This document shows, in pieces, positions 40,617 through 50,278 of a DNA stretch of 64,000 nucleotides. The notes beneath the pieces were generated by a model. The model was not told the DNA's origin. It ran no database searches and saw only the letters and a list, made by a program, of their open reading frames with translations. This stretch comes from Leptospiraceae bacterium (GTDB taxonomy: Bacteria; Spirochaetota; Leptospiria; Leptospirales; Leptonemataceae), in contig JAVJNR010000003.1 of NCBI GenBank assembly GCA_040217195.1, positions 64,001 through 128,000 on the forward strand. The letters run 5' to 3'. Each line of letters starts with the position of its first letter. Position 1 is the stretch's first letter. A program made the position numbers and the translations under genes.

Positions 40617-41207
40617 TTATCTGGCTGCTTGAATTGTCATTTCAGCTTCGATCAAACTAAGTCGATCTGCCGCTTTAACGGCTTCTTCTCTTAGCTGCAT
40701 TCCAGAATCTATGATTGAGTCGCCTTCGCGTACAGTTACTGCTCGCAGTTCTCCTGCATCTACATAACTGGCTTCAACAGGAACCCATTTGCCATTTCGA
40801 ATCACAAAAATCTCAGAAGGCTTATCGCGCAGTGCATAGTAGGTGCTGGATTCGCCATCTTTTTCCATGGTGATTTCCAGAGTATTTTTGTCCAGGCTCT
40901 TCATGGTAACCCTGGATCCATCAGGTCCTTCATGAGCAGTGAACACAGGGCGTCCGCTCCAGAACTCAATCAGGTTGAACACAACGATATCCAGAAACAT
41001 GGAAAAGCCATAAACTGGTATCACTGCCATTAGAATCATCAGAATACTTTGAACAACTCCAGTAGCTTTGGGTCCACCAACAGTGACAGAACCATTGAAC
41101 TTATAGATAGTTCTAACCAGAGGGAAGTGACCGTAGCACCCGCCAAAGGCCAGAGGAAAAATGCTGGCTACAGCAAGAGCTGCAATCCATTTCTTAAATC
41201 TGCTCAT
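40617..41207 (-). CDS. DUF3332-like lipoprotein
   Basis: AAAGGAG RBS, lipobox-like FGG/CYGHFPL…YKFN, PVYG…DIVVFNLIEFWSG. Confidence 0.8.
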   Translation of the reverse strand: MSRFKKWIAALAVASIFPLAFGGCYGHFPLVRTIYKFNGSVTVGGPKATGVVQSILMILMAVIPVYGFSMFLDIVVFNLIEFWSGRPVFTAHEGPDGSRVTMKSLDKNTLEITMEKDGESSTYYALRDKPSEIFVIRNGKWVPVEASYVDAGELRAVTVREGDSIIDSGMQLREEAVKAADRLSLIEAEMTIQAAR

Positions 41208-41335
41208 ACAAACTCCTTTCAATACTCCATTGAATTGCGAAGGCATTCCAGCCTCGCCTTTCACCGCTAATGTGACATAGAGAGGATAAGGATTCAAGCT
41301 TTTACCCGAAGCAACGAATGATTTATTGACAATTA

Positions 41336-41668
41336 TCAGAGGAACGATTTCCAACCTTCCAGATCCAGACCACAGGTGGACCGTTCCCGGCTACGAACCA
41401 CTGGAGTCTTTAGTAGCAATGGATACTCAAGTAGCTTGTCCAGGGGATCGTATTTCATGTACTGCAGTGATTGCTTTTTGTATTCTTTACTCTCCGGATC
41501 TATGAGCTCTTCCAGGGGTATGTTTCTGGAAACAGACTCCAACTCCCCTCGGCTCATGGGTTTTTCCTGGATGTTCACGAAGTGATAGGATACCCCCCTT
41601 TCCTTGAAGAACATCTCAGCCCTTCTGGATGCTTTACATTTCCTGGTACCAAATATCTGCAGGCTCAT
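41336..41668 (-). CDS. ArsC/Spx/MgsR family protein (CxxS variant)
   Basis: QIFGTRKCKASRRAEMFFKERG…LLLKTPVV. Confidence 0.85.
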   Translation of the reverse strand: MSLQIFGTRKCKASRRAEMFFKERGVSYHFVNIQEKPMSRGELESVSRNIPLEELIDPESKEYKKQSLQYMKYDPLDKLLEYPLLLKTPVVRSRERSTCGLDLEGWKSFL

Positions 41669-41830
41669 AGATCCAGATTCTGGAATCCCCGGATTCGGAC
41701 AGCCAAAAAGTTCGCCCGGCCTTCCCGGGCCTGGTGGCCGACTATAACAACCGATAGCCTCAGCTGAAACACTTCCTGAGAATCAACAAACCAGGAGGGA
41801 TTGGCAAATGGCTCCCAGACTGCACTGCGC

Positions 41831-41890
41831 ATGAGACTAATTCTCATTTTTGATTGACCCCGGGGTACCGATTCTGATTCTCGTTCGCAA
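41831..41890 (+). promoter_or_regulatory. Fur-box-like operator(s) flanking a TTGACC -35-like hexamer
   Basis: Inverted repeat ATGAGA-ctaat-TCTCAT (41831-41847) and a weaker site GATTCTGATTCTCGTTCGCAA (41870-41890), upstream of the porin gene. Confidence 0.55.
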
Positions 41891-41926
41891 AAACGGGCGT
41901 TAGTGCCCAATTCACCTGAGGAAGCA

Positions 41927-43540
41927 ATGACGAGTATGAAAAAGAAAACCGTATGGGCACTCCGGTCTTTCATCGGAGCCTCGGTCCTTCTCTGGACCAC
42001 TGCAATCTGGACCGAGCAACCAGAGCCAGATGAACGACCCGCGGCCCAGCAAAGACGACAGGATCAGAATGCAGACCGAATTAGCATTCTGGAAGAAGAA
42101 ATCGAAACGATGAAGCTCAATCGAGCTACCAAGCAATACAAATCGTACGGCGGACTGGGGCCTGCGGCCTCTGGAGTTTATTACGTAGATGAAGGCTTGA
42201 GCTGGGGCGGCTACGGCGAGATCAAATTTAGAGATTATCGTTCAGATGTTAAGGCCGATGAAGCCGACGTTCACCGTTTCATTCTATACGCCGGTTACAA
42301 ATTCAACGATTGGATCGTACTTAATACAGAAATCGAATACGAGCATGCAGGTTTCGTAACCGCATCTGTGGACGAATGTTCGGATGCAACCTGTAGTAGT
42401 TCCAGCAGCAAGAGCTTCAATGAAGGGGAAGTTTTCGTTGAGTTTGCTTACCTGGACTTTAAACTGGCCCCCTGGTTTCAGGTAGCCGCCGGTCTGCAAC
42501 TGGTTCCCATGGGAATCACGAACTACATGCATGAGCCTACCACCTTCTACACAGTAGAAAGACCTCAAACAGAAAGTAACATCATCCCCAGCACCTGGAG
42601 AGATATTGGAATCTTGATTCACGGAGAGCCCCTGGAAGGCTTACTTCGATATAAATTCGGTGTTCTCACAGGAATGAAAGGAAGTGGTTTTTCCAACAGT
42701 AGCTGGATTCGCGGCGGACGAACCAAAGGAAGTGAAGTAAAAAGCGAGGATCTGGCCTACGTAGCAGCCCTGGATGTATTTCCGCTGGCCGGACTGATGG
42801 TAGGTGGCTCTTACTACTACGGCGGTTCCGGGCAGGATGAAATTCAGAAAGTGGATTTCATGAGCAGACTGGATTTCGATAACCTTGGCATTACGGACCC
42901 TATCCTGAAATCTGATGCGCAAAGAGAATTCCAGGCCGGTCGACAGGAAAGAGCCCGTTTTCATCTTGCAGAAGGTCATATTCGCTATCAGACAGGTCCA
43001 TTTCACTTTCAGGGCCTCTTCGCACGGGGCTGGATGGATGAAAGCACTGCACGCGCCCTTAATGCGAACAATGGAAGCAACATTGGCGTAGTAGTTGAAG
43101 GCGGTTACGTAGAACTGGGTTATGATCTACTGAGCTTCTTCGATACAAATCATCGTTTGATGGCTATTGTTCGAAACGAATATGTGAACACTCAAAAAGA
43201 GACCGTTCGTCGCTATGAAGGGGGAACGGAAGACATTCAGGATACCATCGCAAGCAATTCAGGCGGTCTCTTTGAGGTATCCAGCAACAGCGACGTAGGC
43301 GTTATTTCAAGCTCTCGTGCCGGCTCCGAGTTATACGGTGTTCAGGGAGTGGCCGACCGCACTCTGGATCGAAGGATTGTCACCTATGGACTGGCCTACT
43401 TTCCGCATCCCAATGTGGCCATCAAAGCGGATTATGAAAGCTGGGATTCTAAATCGGATCTGACCGCAGACATTGAAGAAAAGAATGGCAGCAACAATAA
43501 GATTGATCGATTCAATCTGGCTGTAACGTTCATCTTCTAA
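41927..43540 (+). CDS. Outer-membrane porin-like protein (OprO/P-like, iron-associated family)
   Basis: Signal peptide, short coiled coil, GGYGEI, RFILYAGYKFND…EIEYEH, HEPTTFYTVERP…IIPSTW, terminal Phe. Confidence 0.78.
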   Translation: MTSMKKKTVWALRSFIGASVLLWTTAIWTEQPEPDERPAAQQRRQDQNADRISILEEEIETMKLNRATKQYKSYGGLGPAASGVYYVDEGLSWGGYGEIKFRDYRSDVKADEADVHRFILYAGYKFNDWIVLNTEIEYEHAGFVTASVDECSDATCSSSSSKSFNEGEVFVEFAYLDFKLAPWFQVAAGLQLVPMGITNYMHEPTTFYTVERPQTESNIIPSTWRDIGILIHGEPLEGLLRYKFGVLTGMKGSGFSNSSWIRGGRTKGSEVKSEDLAYVAALDVFPLAGLMVGGSYYYGGSGQDEIQKVDFMSRLDFDNLGITDPILKSDAQREFQAGRQERARFHLAEGHIRYQTGPFHFQGLFARGWMDESTARALNANNGSNIGVVVEGGYVELGYDLLSFFDTNHRLMAIVRNEYVNTQKETVRRYEGGTEDIQDTIASNSGGLFEVSSNSDVGVISSSRAGSELYGVQGVADRTLDRRIVTYGLAYFPHPNVAIKADYESWDSKSDLTADIEEKNGSNNKIDRFNLAVTFIF

Positions 43541-43619
43541 AACTACCAACACGGCTGCTTGCAGCCGCATTTACTAATTACGGGGAGCCACCCCTCCCCG
43601 TTGCAATGCAAAAACTCCG

Positions 43620-43640
43620 GGCCCATCCGGGCCTTTTTTT
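43620..43640 (+). terminator. Rho-independent terminator, preceded by two further hairpins
   Basis: GGCCC-atcc-GGGCC followed by T7; other hairpins at 43552-43567 and 43581-43600. Confidence 0.7.
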
Positions 43641-43688
43641 GTCCCCGTTTTGCGTTGACCCAGAAGTTATAAAGATTTCTGTACTATT

Positions 43689-44405
43689 ATGTATCTAAAC
43701 ACCATTGTGGTGGAAGATGAGGCTCCTTCCAGGGAGTTGCTCATAGAATATGTAATTGCCGAAGATAAATTAAATCTGGGAGCTGTTGCCAGAAATGGCA
43801 GAGAGGCCCTGGAGAAATTGAAAGAAAATCGATTCGATCTTTGTTTTCTGGATATCAACCTTCCGTTCCTTAACGGTCTACAGGTCATCGAACAGCTGGA
43901 TCATGTTCCCTATATTATTTTCACCACGGTGTACAAAGAATATGCAGTGGAGGCATTTGAACTTGGCGCTGTGGATTATCTGCTAAAGCCTATTAGCCGG
44001 GACAGATTCAAGAAAGCGGTAGAAAAAGCGGCTTCCCTGATACCAGCAAGCCCGGTTGAAGACTCAGAGAGAAGCCGGGGTCTATTTCTTCAACAGAAGG
44101 GAGCCCATCATTTTGTGAAGTTTTCGGACATCATTTATCTGACTGCAAACAATAAAAGCACGGTACTGCACTCTCTGGAGCAGGATCTGGAATGCAATAA
44201 TCTAATCAAGGATCTTCTGGAGCGATTGCCCGAGAGTCAATTCCTGCGAATCCATAAAAAATATGCCATAAACCTGGATTTTCTGGATCGGCTGGAGACT
44301 CAGGACAATGGCAAGTTTCTGATGATACTAAAAAACGAAGATGAAACGGTGCTTCCGGTGGGCAGTACCTACCTGAAAAGTATCCGCGAAGATCTGGGCC
44401 TGTAA
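43689..44405 (+). CDS. LytTR-family response regulator
   Basis: VEDE, FLDINLP (phospho-Asp), AVDYLLKP, FLRIHKKYAINL. Confidence 0.92.
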   Translation: MYLNTIVVEDEAPSRELLIEYVIAEDKLNLGAVARNGREALEKLKENRFDLCFLDINLPFLNGLQVIEQLDHVPYIIFTTVYKEYAVEAFELGAVDYLLKPISRDRFKKAVEKAASLIPASPVEDSERSRGLFLQQKGAHHFVKFSDIIYLTANNKSTVLHSLEQDLECNNLIKDLLERLPESQFLRIHKKYAINLDFLDRLETQDNGKFLMILKNEDETVLPVGSTYLKSIREDLGL

Positions 44406-44459
44406 GCTGGACCTGCGAAAAATCGAAAGAATGAGAACCAGTTTCCTTTTGCAGAAAGC

Positions 44460-46184
44460 TCAAACAATTTTTTCTCGTAGCGGTAATCCGTTATAGGTTC
44501 CGGTAAATCGGCCTCCTCGAATGGTAAACTCTCCATTTACAATTAGGGCTTCCACACCGGCTGAAAGACGTATTGGATTATCATAGGTGGCATAGGATTT
44601 GACTTTGTCCAGATTAAAGATACCCAGATCTGCCTTCCATCCTTCCTGAATCTGCCCCCTGTCCTTCAGACCTGCAATGCTTGCCGGTAGTGAACTACAT
44701 TTTCGAATTCCTTCCTCCAGGCTCATGATCTGTTTTTCCAGAACAAAATACTTCAGAAAGTGACTGAAGGTACCATAATTCCTGGGATGAGGATTTCCTT
44801 TCATTCCAGGAGAGAGTGCCGATCCATCGGAGGCCACTGCAGCCATGGGATCGCGGTAGATACGAATGAGGTTTTCTTCGCTCATAGCAAATACGACGGT
44901 AGAGGCACTTCCGCTGGAAGCTATATCGAATAATAACTCATAGGAGGACCGCCCGGTTGATGCAGAAATCTCTGCCAGAGTTTTCCCAGAATACCTCTTA
45001 TATTTTTGGGAGTAAACAACTCCCAGGCGAATCCTATCATAGCCACCAATTCCGGAAATCTTATCATCCACCTGTCTGCGAAGCACATCTCCGTCTCGCC
45101 CCCTGGCAAGAGACAGATTGATTCCTTTCTTCTGAGCCCAGATCGGAAAAAGGCTATTTAGAGATGTATGATAGGCGGTGTAAGGATATCGGTCCATAGT
45201 CAATCGCAAACCATCTGACCGCGCCTTATGAATTAGATGAAATGCTGAATTGACTTTATCCCAGTTTCTTTTTCCCTGAAGTTTAAAATGGCTGATGTTC
45301 AATCGAACACCGGACTCGGAAGCAATCTTGATTGCTTCTATCATCGCCTCCAGAACTCGATCATCCTCATTTCGCATATGGGTTGAGTATACACCTGCAT
45401 CCCTGCACATCTGGATCAATTCTTCGGTTGTGGAATGAGCATTGGGTATGTATTCCAGACCGCTACTCAATCCACAGGCTCCCTCATCCATGGCATCGTT
45501 GATCAAAGCACGGATGGAAGACATTTCCTTTCTGCTCAGATTCCGACGTTCGTATCCGGCCTGCCCCTGTCGCAATACGCCGGATCCGATCATGGTCTTA
45601 ATATTTACTGCCGGTTGGAGTTCTTCCAGCGCATCGTAGTAGCCACCTACGCTTTTCCAGTATGGCAATGTTCCAAAGCGGGACTGCATATACGAATGCA
45701 TTGCTTTTCCCAGAGAATTTGTGAACGGACCAGGAGATCGACCATCCTGGCCTACTATTTCAGTGGTCACACCCTGAAAAATCTTGGAGAATGCACGCCT
45801 GTCCTGAAAGATTACGTAATCGCTGTGAGAATGAAGATCCACAAACCCTGGAAAAATATGATGACCGGTACAATTGAATACAGTACCGGCCCGGGCCTGC
45901 TCCAGGTTTCCGATGGCACCAATCTCATCTTCATAGATTCCAATATCTGCTCGATACGCTGGATTACCTGTGCCATCCACAATGATTCCATTCTTGAGTA
46001 TTATATCGAAATCACCGGACATCCTGCGAAAGGTGTTTCGCAGAGTTCGGATGCTTGAGCACTGAGCCAATACCAGACCGGCACCAGCGGCGGCTGAGAG
46101 CTTCAGAAAATCCTTTCGTCCAAGACTTCGATTCCTGGTCTGGTTGCTTTCTCTAAAATCGTCAGAAGGAGACACAGGCACCAA
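44460..46184 (-). CDS. N-acyl-D-amino-acid deacylase (amidohydrolase) with Tat-like lipoprotein signal
   Basis: PGFVDLHSHSD, GVTTEIVGQDG, GLSSGLEY, THMRNE, PHPRNYGTF; N-terminal GRKDFLK…LAQC. Confidence 0.88.
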   Translation of the reverse strand: MVPVSPSDDFRESNQTRNRSLGRKDFLKLSAAAGAGLVLAQCSSIRTLRNTFRRMSGDFDIILKNGIIVDGTGNPAYRADIGIYEDEIGAIGNLEQARAGTVFNCTGHHIFPGFVDLHSHSDYVIFQDRRAFSKIFQGVTTEIVGQDGRSPGPFTNSLGKAMHSYMQSRFGTLPYWKSVGGYYDALEELQPAVNIKTMIGSGVLRQGQAGYERRNLSRKEMSSIRALINDAMDEGACGLSSGLEYIPNAHSTTEELIQMCRDAGVYSTHMRNEDDRVLEAMIEAIKIASESGVRLNISHFKLQGKRNWDKVNSAFHLIHKARSDGLRLTMDRYPYTAYHTSLNSLFPIWAQKKGINLSLARGRDGDVLRRQVDDKISGIGGYDRIRLGVVYSQKYKRYSGKTLAEISASTGRSSYELLFDIASSGSASTVVFAMSEENLIRIYRDPMAAVASDGSALSPGMKGNPHPRNYGTFSHFLKYFVLEKQIMSLEEGIRKCSSLPASIAGLKDRGQIQEGWKADLGIFNLDKVKSYATYDNPIRLSAGVEALIVNGEFTIRGGRFTGTYNGLPLREKIV

Positions 46185-46245
46185 AGATCCAGACCTGGTT
46201 TCGGTGCCCAGTATTTCCTGACAGGTATCAGTCCCGGGAAATTGC

Positions 46246-47124
46246 CTAGATCAACGCTGGATCAGGAGATTGCGAATTGCATCCACGGAGGATCGATTCT
46301 TTACTCCATCCATCCTCCTGTAATCCTCGTATAGTAACGGAACCCTTTCGTTTGGAAAGCCGCTCGCCGGAACTGTTAAGCAACAGGGGACAATGATAGA
46401 AAGCCGGAATGGGTAGATCAAGTGCACGATAAATCAAAATCTGCCTGGCAGTTGAAAGCAACAGATCCTGACCACGAACCACTTCGGTAATTCTCATCAG
46501 GAAGTCATCTACCACCACAGCAAATTCGTAGGATGGGTATCCTTCCACGCTCCAGATCAAGAAATCACCGAAGTCCTCGCCGGCTCGGTAGCTTACCTTG
46601 CCAATATTTATATCTTGAAATTCAATGGTTTCGTTCGGAACGCAGAATCGAAAAGCCTGAAGTCCCGGAGTATCATACATTCTAGCCTGCTCCGTATCAC
46701 CTCTAAGAGATACAGGAAAGGGAATCTCACCGCCCGGGCCGCTTACAATACTCAAACTCTGCTGAGATGCGCGAATCTTTCGCCTGGATTGACTGCAGGG
46801 ATATATCCATCCTCTATCTCGAAGCAGGGTCCAGTAATGCAAATAGGTACTTCTGGCATGACGTTCCGATTGACGATAGGGCTGAAATGCTCCCCCTACA
46901 TCCGGTCCTTCCTGCCAGTCAAAAAAGGGACGAAGGTCTTCCATACAGGCCGCATCGAATTCTGGCTTGCACCTGGCTCGGTCCAGATCCTCCATCCTGA
47001 AAACCAGGGTTCCTTTACTTTCGGCGCATCTTTGAGCAGCTACATGGAACGTGGAAAGATGTCCGGGATGCAGAAAGCCGGTAGGAGATGGAGCCAGTCT
47101 TCCCCGGTACTGAATGGCTTCCAT
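46246..47124 (-). CDS. gluQ: Glutamyl-Q tRNA(Asp) synthetase
   Basis: GRLAPSPTGFLHPGH, RMEDLD, AVVVDD…VVRGQDL, RLSKR; no anticodon-binding domain (292 aa). Confidence 0.88.
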   Translation of the reverse strand: MEAIQYRGRLAPSPTGFLHPGHLSTFHVAAQRCAESKGTLVFRMEDLDRARCKPEFDAACMEDLRPFFDWQEGPDVGGAFQPYRQSERHARSTYLHYWTLLRDRGWIYPCSQSRRKIRASQQSLSIVSGPGGEIPFPVSLRGDTEQARMYDTPGLQAFRFCVPNETIEFQDINIGKVSYRAGEDFGDFLIWSVEGYPSYEFAVVVDDFLMRITEVVRGQDLLLSTARQILIYRALDLPIPAFYHCPLLLNSSGERLSKRKGSVTIRGLQEDGWSKESILRGCNSQSPDPALI

Positions 47125-49263
47125 TCAGGATCGGTTCTTCTTGAAGTATTTCACCAGGGCAACCCGGTTGCCTTTTTCATTGTAACGAACGATGTCAAAA
47201 GCAGAAACAGTCATCATGATTCCGCGACCGTGAGCCATAAAGTCTTCGTTCAATTTCTTTTCATCGGTCTTGAGCATCTTTCGATGATCAAATCCCTTTC
47301 CCTCATCGGTAACCCTGAAAGCCACTCGATCCTCATTGATAGAGTATTCCAGAAAAATCTTTCGGCTCTTGTACTCTGGATTCTCTCTTCGCTCTTCGAT
47401 CAAAGAAAGATAGCTACCTTCTTCAAGGGCCTTTGTCTTTTCATCAAATGTGATTTCCAGGTTTCCATGCTCAATTGCATTGATGATAATTTCTCGCAGA
47501 CTGGTCCGGACTGTCATCTGCACCTCTGCATCTGCGAAACGTGATATTAATGAGCTCAATCTCTGACTCAAAATCTCTGCATTGCGAACATAGTTCTCAA
47601 TTGAGAATTCAACTCTCTCTTTGATTAGATACCGTGCCAGTACATCTTCGGTGATTATACTTGCCCGGCCCAGGATTTCTCGCCGGCCATCTTCATACTG
47701 TAAATACTGCAATCGAACCTGGCTGTCCCGGGGCTCCATTACATGTTTCTGCTTGAACTCTGTTTGAAACGAAACCGATTTTCCGGGAGCGGACAGTTCT
47801 TCCAGTTTTTCCAGAGCGAAGATTTTATTCAGTGAGTCCTTCCAGTCCCGATTATATATTAGCTCGAGGAAGTTCATACTTAAAAGTTCTTCCTGGTTAA
47901 ACTTCAAAACTCGCTGGAATGATTTGTTTACCATGGTAAAATTCCAGGCTTCGTCCAGGGTGAAGATAAAATCGTCCGCCTCCTCGACTAGAGTCTGCAG
48001 CCGGATACTCACTTTTTCAGATTCATTCCTGGCCTGGCTTAATGCTTTTACATTTTTCTGTAAAGAAGCAGACAACTGATTGATCCTGTCTCCCATACCC
48101 AGAGACAGAACCATCACTTCCAGAGCGGATCCTACCTGAATTCCATAAGAAGTTAAAATGTTATCGGGCAACACACCCACTGATTTGAGAATATTCAAGG
48201 CACCACCCAGCAAAAAGAAACCCCAGGCCGCCAGAAAGAATCGCGCCTGTCGCACTCCAAGCATCAGAGTATGAATTCCATTTGCTAGAATCAAGATTAG
48301 AGTAACCAGAGTCAGAACTACAGAAGCGATTAGATTAATACGGTAATTAAACAGAAATAGTGCAGAAAGCATTCCCGTAATGCTAAAAACCAGGACAATC
48401 CAGTACAGTCCATCGGTACGCGGAGTATTCTGCTTTGAATTCAAGAAAGAACGACAGAACAGCAGAATGGAAGCACAGGCCAGGAAAATAAAGAATGGTA
48501 GACTGTTATTTCCCCAGGTGATCGCCTCGGGCCACAGGTACTGATAGGTAAGGCCATTCAAAGTTGCCTGGAATAGAACGTAGGCCAGAATGTAGAGAAT
48601 GTAGAAGATATAGGTTCTGTCCCGGGTAGAAAAAAGAAGAAACAAACTGGTAACAACCATTGCCAGCATGATTCCATAGTACAGTCCCAGTATGATCTGT
48701 TCGCCGCCAATACGAGAGCTAATTTCGTCGTAGCTATAGGCATACATTGAAACAAGCATGGAGCTAGTGGTTTCGAGTCGTATCAGGTAATCGTATTCGC
48801 TTCCAGGTTCATGATCCAGGGAGAAAATTACATTTCGGTACGCGATTTCGCGATCATAGAAAGGATATCGATCTCCACCCACTGCCACCGGTTTATTGAG
48901 TGCCTGTGCCGCATCCTCCCCTTTTCGAATGCGATAGATCTTGATATCGTCAAAGGGGGAGAAATCATATTCAAGATACAGGATTCGAGATTCAGAATCT
49001 GGATTGGATACTCGAAAATGCACCCAGTGGGCTTGCTCGGCATAGCCCAGGGAATTGTCGTCCAGCCTCTGGAAATTATTTCGCTCATTCCACTTCTGTA
49101 AGGGCTGCCCTTCGCCTGTACTGTATGTAGCATGGGGCTGAATGGCAGTACGGCTCATTTTTTCGCTTAGCACCAATGGCTCAGTCGGCGAAGCCCAGGC
49201 TGCTGAGGAGCAGAACAGAAAAAGGCCGGAAATAAATATCCGAAACTGAAAATCTAATTTCAC
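47125..49263 (-). CDS. 7TM-DISM receptor with PAS and RsbW-like (HATPase_c_2) output domain
   Basis: Signal peptide, DISMED2-like region, 7 TM segments (GLYYGIML…), [25 protein letters not shown]. Confidence 0.85.
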   Translation of the reverse strand: MKLDFQFRIFISGLFLFCSSAAWASPTEPLVLSEKMSRTAIQPHATYSTGEGQPLQKWNERNNFQRLDDNSLGYAEQAHWVHFRVSNPDSESRILYLEYDFSPFDDIKIYRIRKGEDAAQALNKPVAVGGDRYPFYDREIAYRNVIFSLDHEPGSEYDYLIRLETTSSMLVSMYAYSYDEISSRIGGEQIILGLYYGIMLAMVVTSLFLLFSTRDRTYIFYILYILAYVLFQATLNGLTYQYLWPEAITWGNNSLPFFIFLACASILLFCRSFLNSKQNTPRTDGLYWIVLVFSITGMLSALFLFNYRINLIASVVLTLVTLILILANGIHTLMLGVRQARFFLAAWGFFLLGGALNILKSVGVLPDNILTSYGIQVGSALEVMVLSLGMGDRINQLSASLQKNVKALSQARNESEKVSIRLQTLVEEADDFIFTLDEAWNFTMVNKSFQRVLKFNQEELLSMNFLELIYNRDWKDSLNKIFALEKLEELSAPGKSVSFQTEFKQKHVMEPRDSQVRLQYLQYEDGRREILGRASIITEDVLARYLIKERVEFSIENYVRNAEILSQRLSSLISRFADAEVQMTVRTSLREIIINAIEHGNLEITFDEKTKALEEGSYLSLIEERRENPEYKSRKIFLEYSINEDRVAFRVTDEGKGFDHRKMLKTDEKKLNEDFMAHGRGIMMTVSAFDIVRYNEKGNRVALVKYFKKNRS

Positions 49264-50030
49264 ACTCGAACCCCACCTGTGATTTCCATTATTTCTCCAT
49301 TCACCAAATCATTCTCTGCGATAAATACAGTAGTATCTGCAATTTCCTCTGGCTTACCCAGGCGGCCGATGGGGATCTTTTGCTGCCATTGCTCCAGAGC
49401 CTTCTGATTCATGACCTGTAATACCATTTCAGTAGCGATGAATCCAGGGGAAACACCGGCCACTCGGATGGAATGGCGAGCTAACTCCAGAGCCCAGAGT
49501 CTTGTCATGGAGGCAACGCCGGCCTTGGCGGCTGAATAGTTGGTTTGACCGGGATTTCCATGTCTGGCTACGGAAGAGATGGGAATAATCACTCCAGGGC
49601 TTTTTAAGTTGATCATGGCCGCGGCTGCTTCTCTAGCACATAGAAATACACCGGTAAGATTTACATCGATTACAGACTGCCATTGAGCTACACTCATCTT
49701 ATCTTTTACCGTGCCAGTTTGTCGATCCACACTTACCAGTTTTCCGTCGCGAAGAATGCCTGCATTCAGTACAGCCACATCCAGGCGTGACGTTTCTTTC
49801 ACTACCTTTTCAAATAGATTCTCAACCTCTTTCTCATCGCTTACGTTGCATGCAATGCCCAGAGCATCGAATCCCTCTTTTTTGAGCGTGGCCACAGCAT
49901 GGTCGACCCTGTCCGAAGTTATATCACTCACCACAACCCGGGCTTTCTTTTTTGCGAATGCTTGAATCATTGCATAGCCCAGTCCCGAGGCCGATCCAGT
50001 TACTACTACAGTCTTTCCTTCCAGATTCAT
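49260..50030 (-). CDS. FabG-like 3-oxoacyl-ACP reductase (SDR)
   Basis: [42 protein letters not shown]. Confidence 0.88.
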   Translation of the reverse strand: MNLEGKTVVVTGSASGLGYAMIQAFAKKKARVVVSDITSDRVDHAVATLKKEGFDALGIACNVSDEKEVENLFEKVVKETSRLDVAVLNAGILRDGKLVSVDRQTGTVKDKMSVAQWQSVIDVNLTGVFLCAREAAAAMINLKSPGVIIPISSVARHGNPGQTNYSAAKAGVASMTRLWALELARHSIRVAGVSPGFIATEMVLQVMNQKALEQWQQKIPIGRLGKPEEIADTTVFIAENDLVNGEIMEITGGVRV

Positions 50031-50278
50031 ATTTCGATTCGTTCCTTGTGTGATCCTTACTCTCTTCTTCTTTAATTTACGAATTGGTCTGAATCCCTGT
50101 GCCGCCTGTTCGCGGCCAGGATCAGGCCTGATGAGCTTTCTTAATCTGGCAATCGGATCCGCCGTAGAATGAACCCATTACGGATAAGTTTCCGATTTTC
50201 CAACAACATAGATGACAATACATGTCCCAAACGAGCGGACCGCCGGAGGCGAATCCGCTGTTGGGCTGCAATACCCGA

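Noticed and set aside
41927..43540. Porin as the ExtI-like partner of the rhodanese/cytochrome pair
   Set aside because: It lies about 13.5 kb away with its own promoter and terminator, so the sequence gives no evidence of linkage
46615..47544. 309-aa plus-strand ORF and other long antisense ORFs (e.g. 4097..4807, 45435..46058)
   Set aside because: They lie antisense to well-supported genes and have no motifs, so they are treated as shadow ORFs
50120..50180. CTGATGAG resembling a hammerhead ribozyme core
   Set aside because: No stem II followed by GAAA could be found; it is part of a simple ATCAGGCCTGAT palindrome
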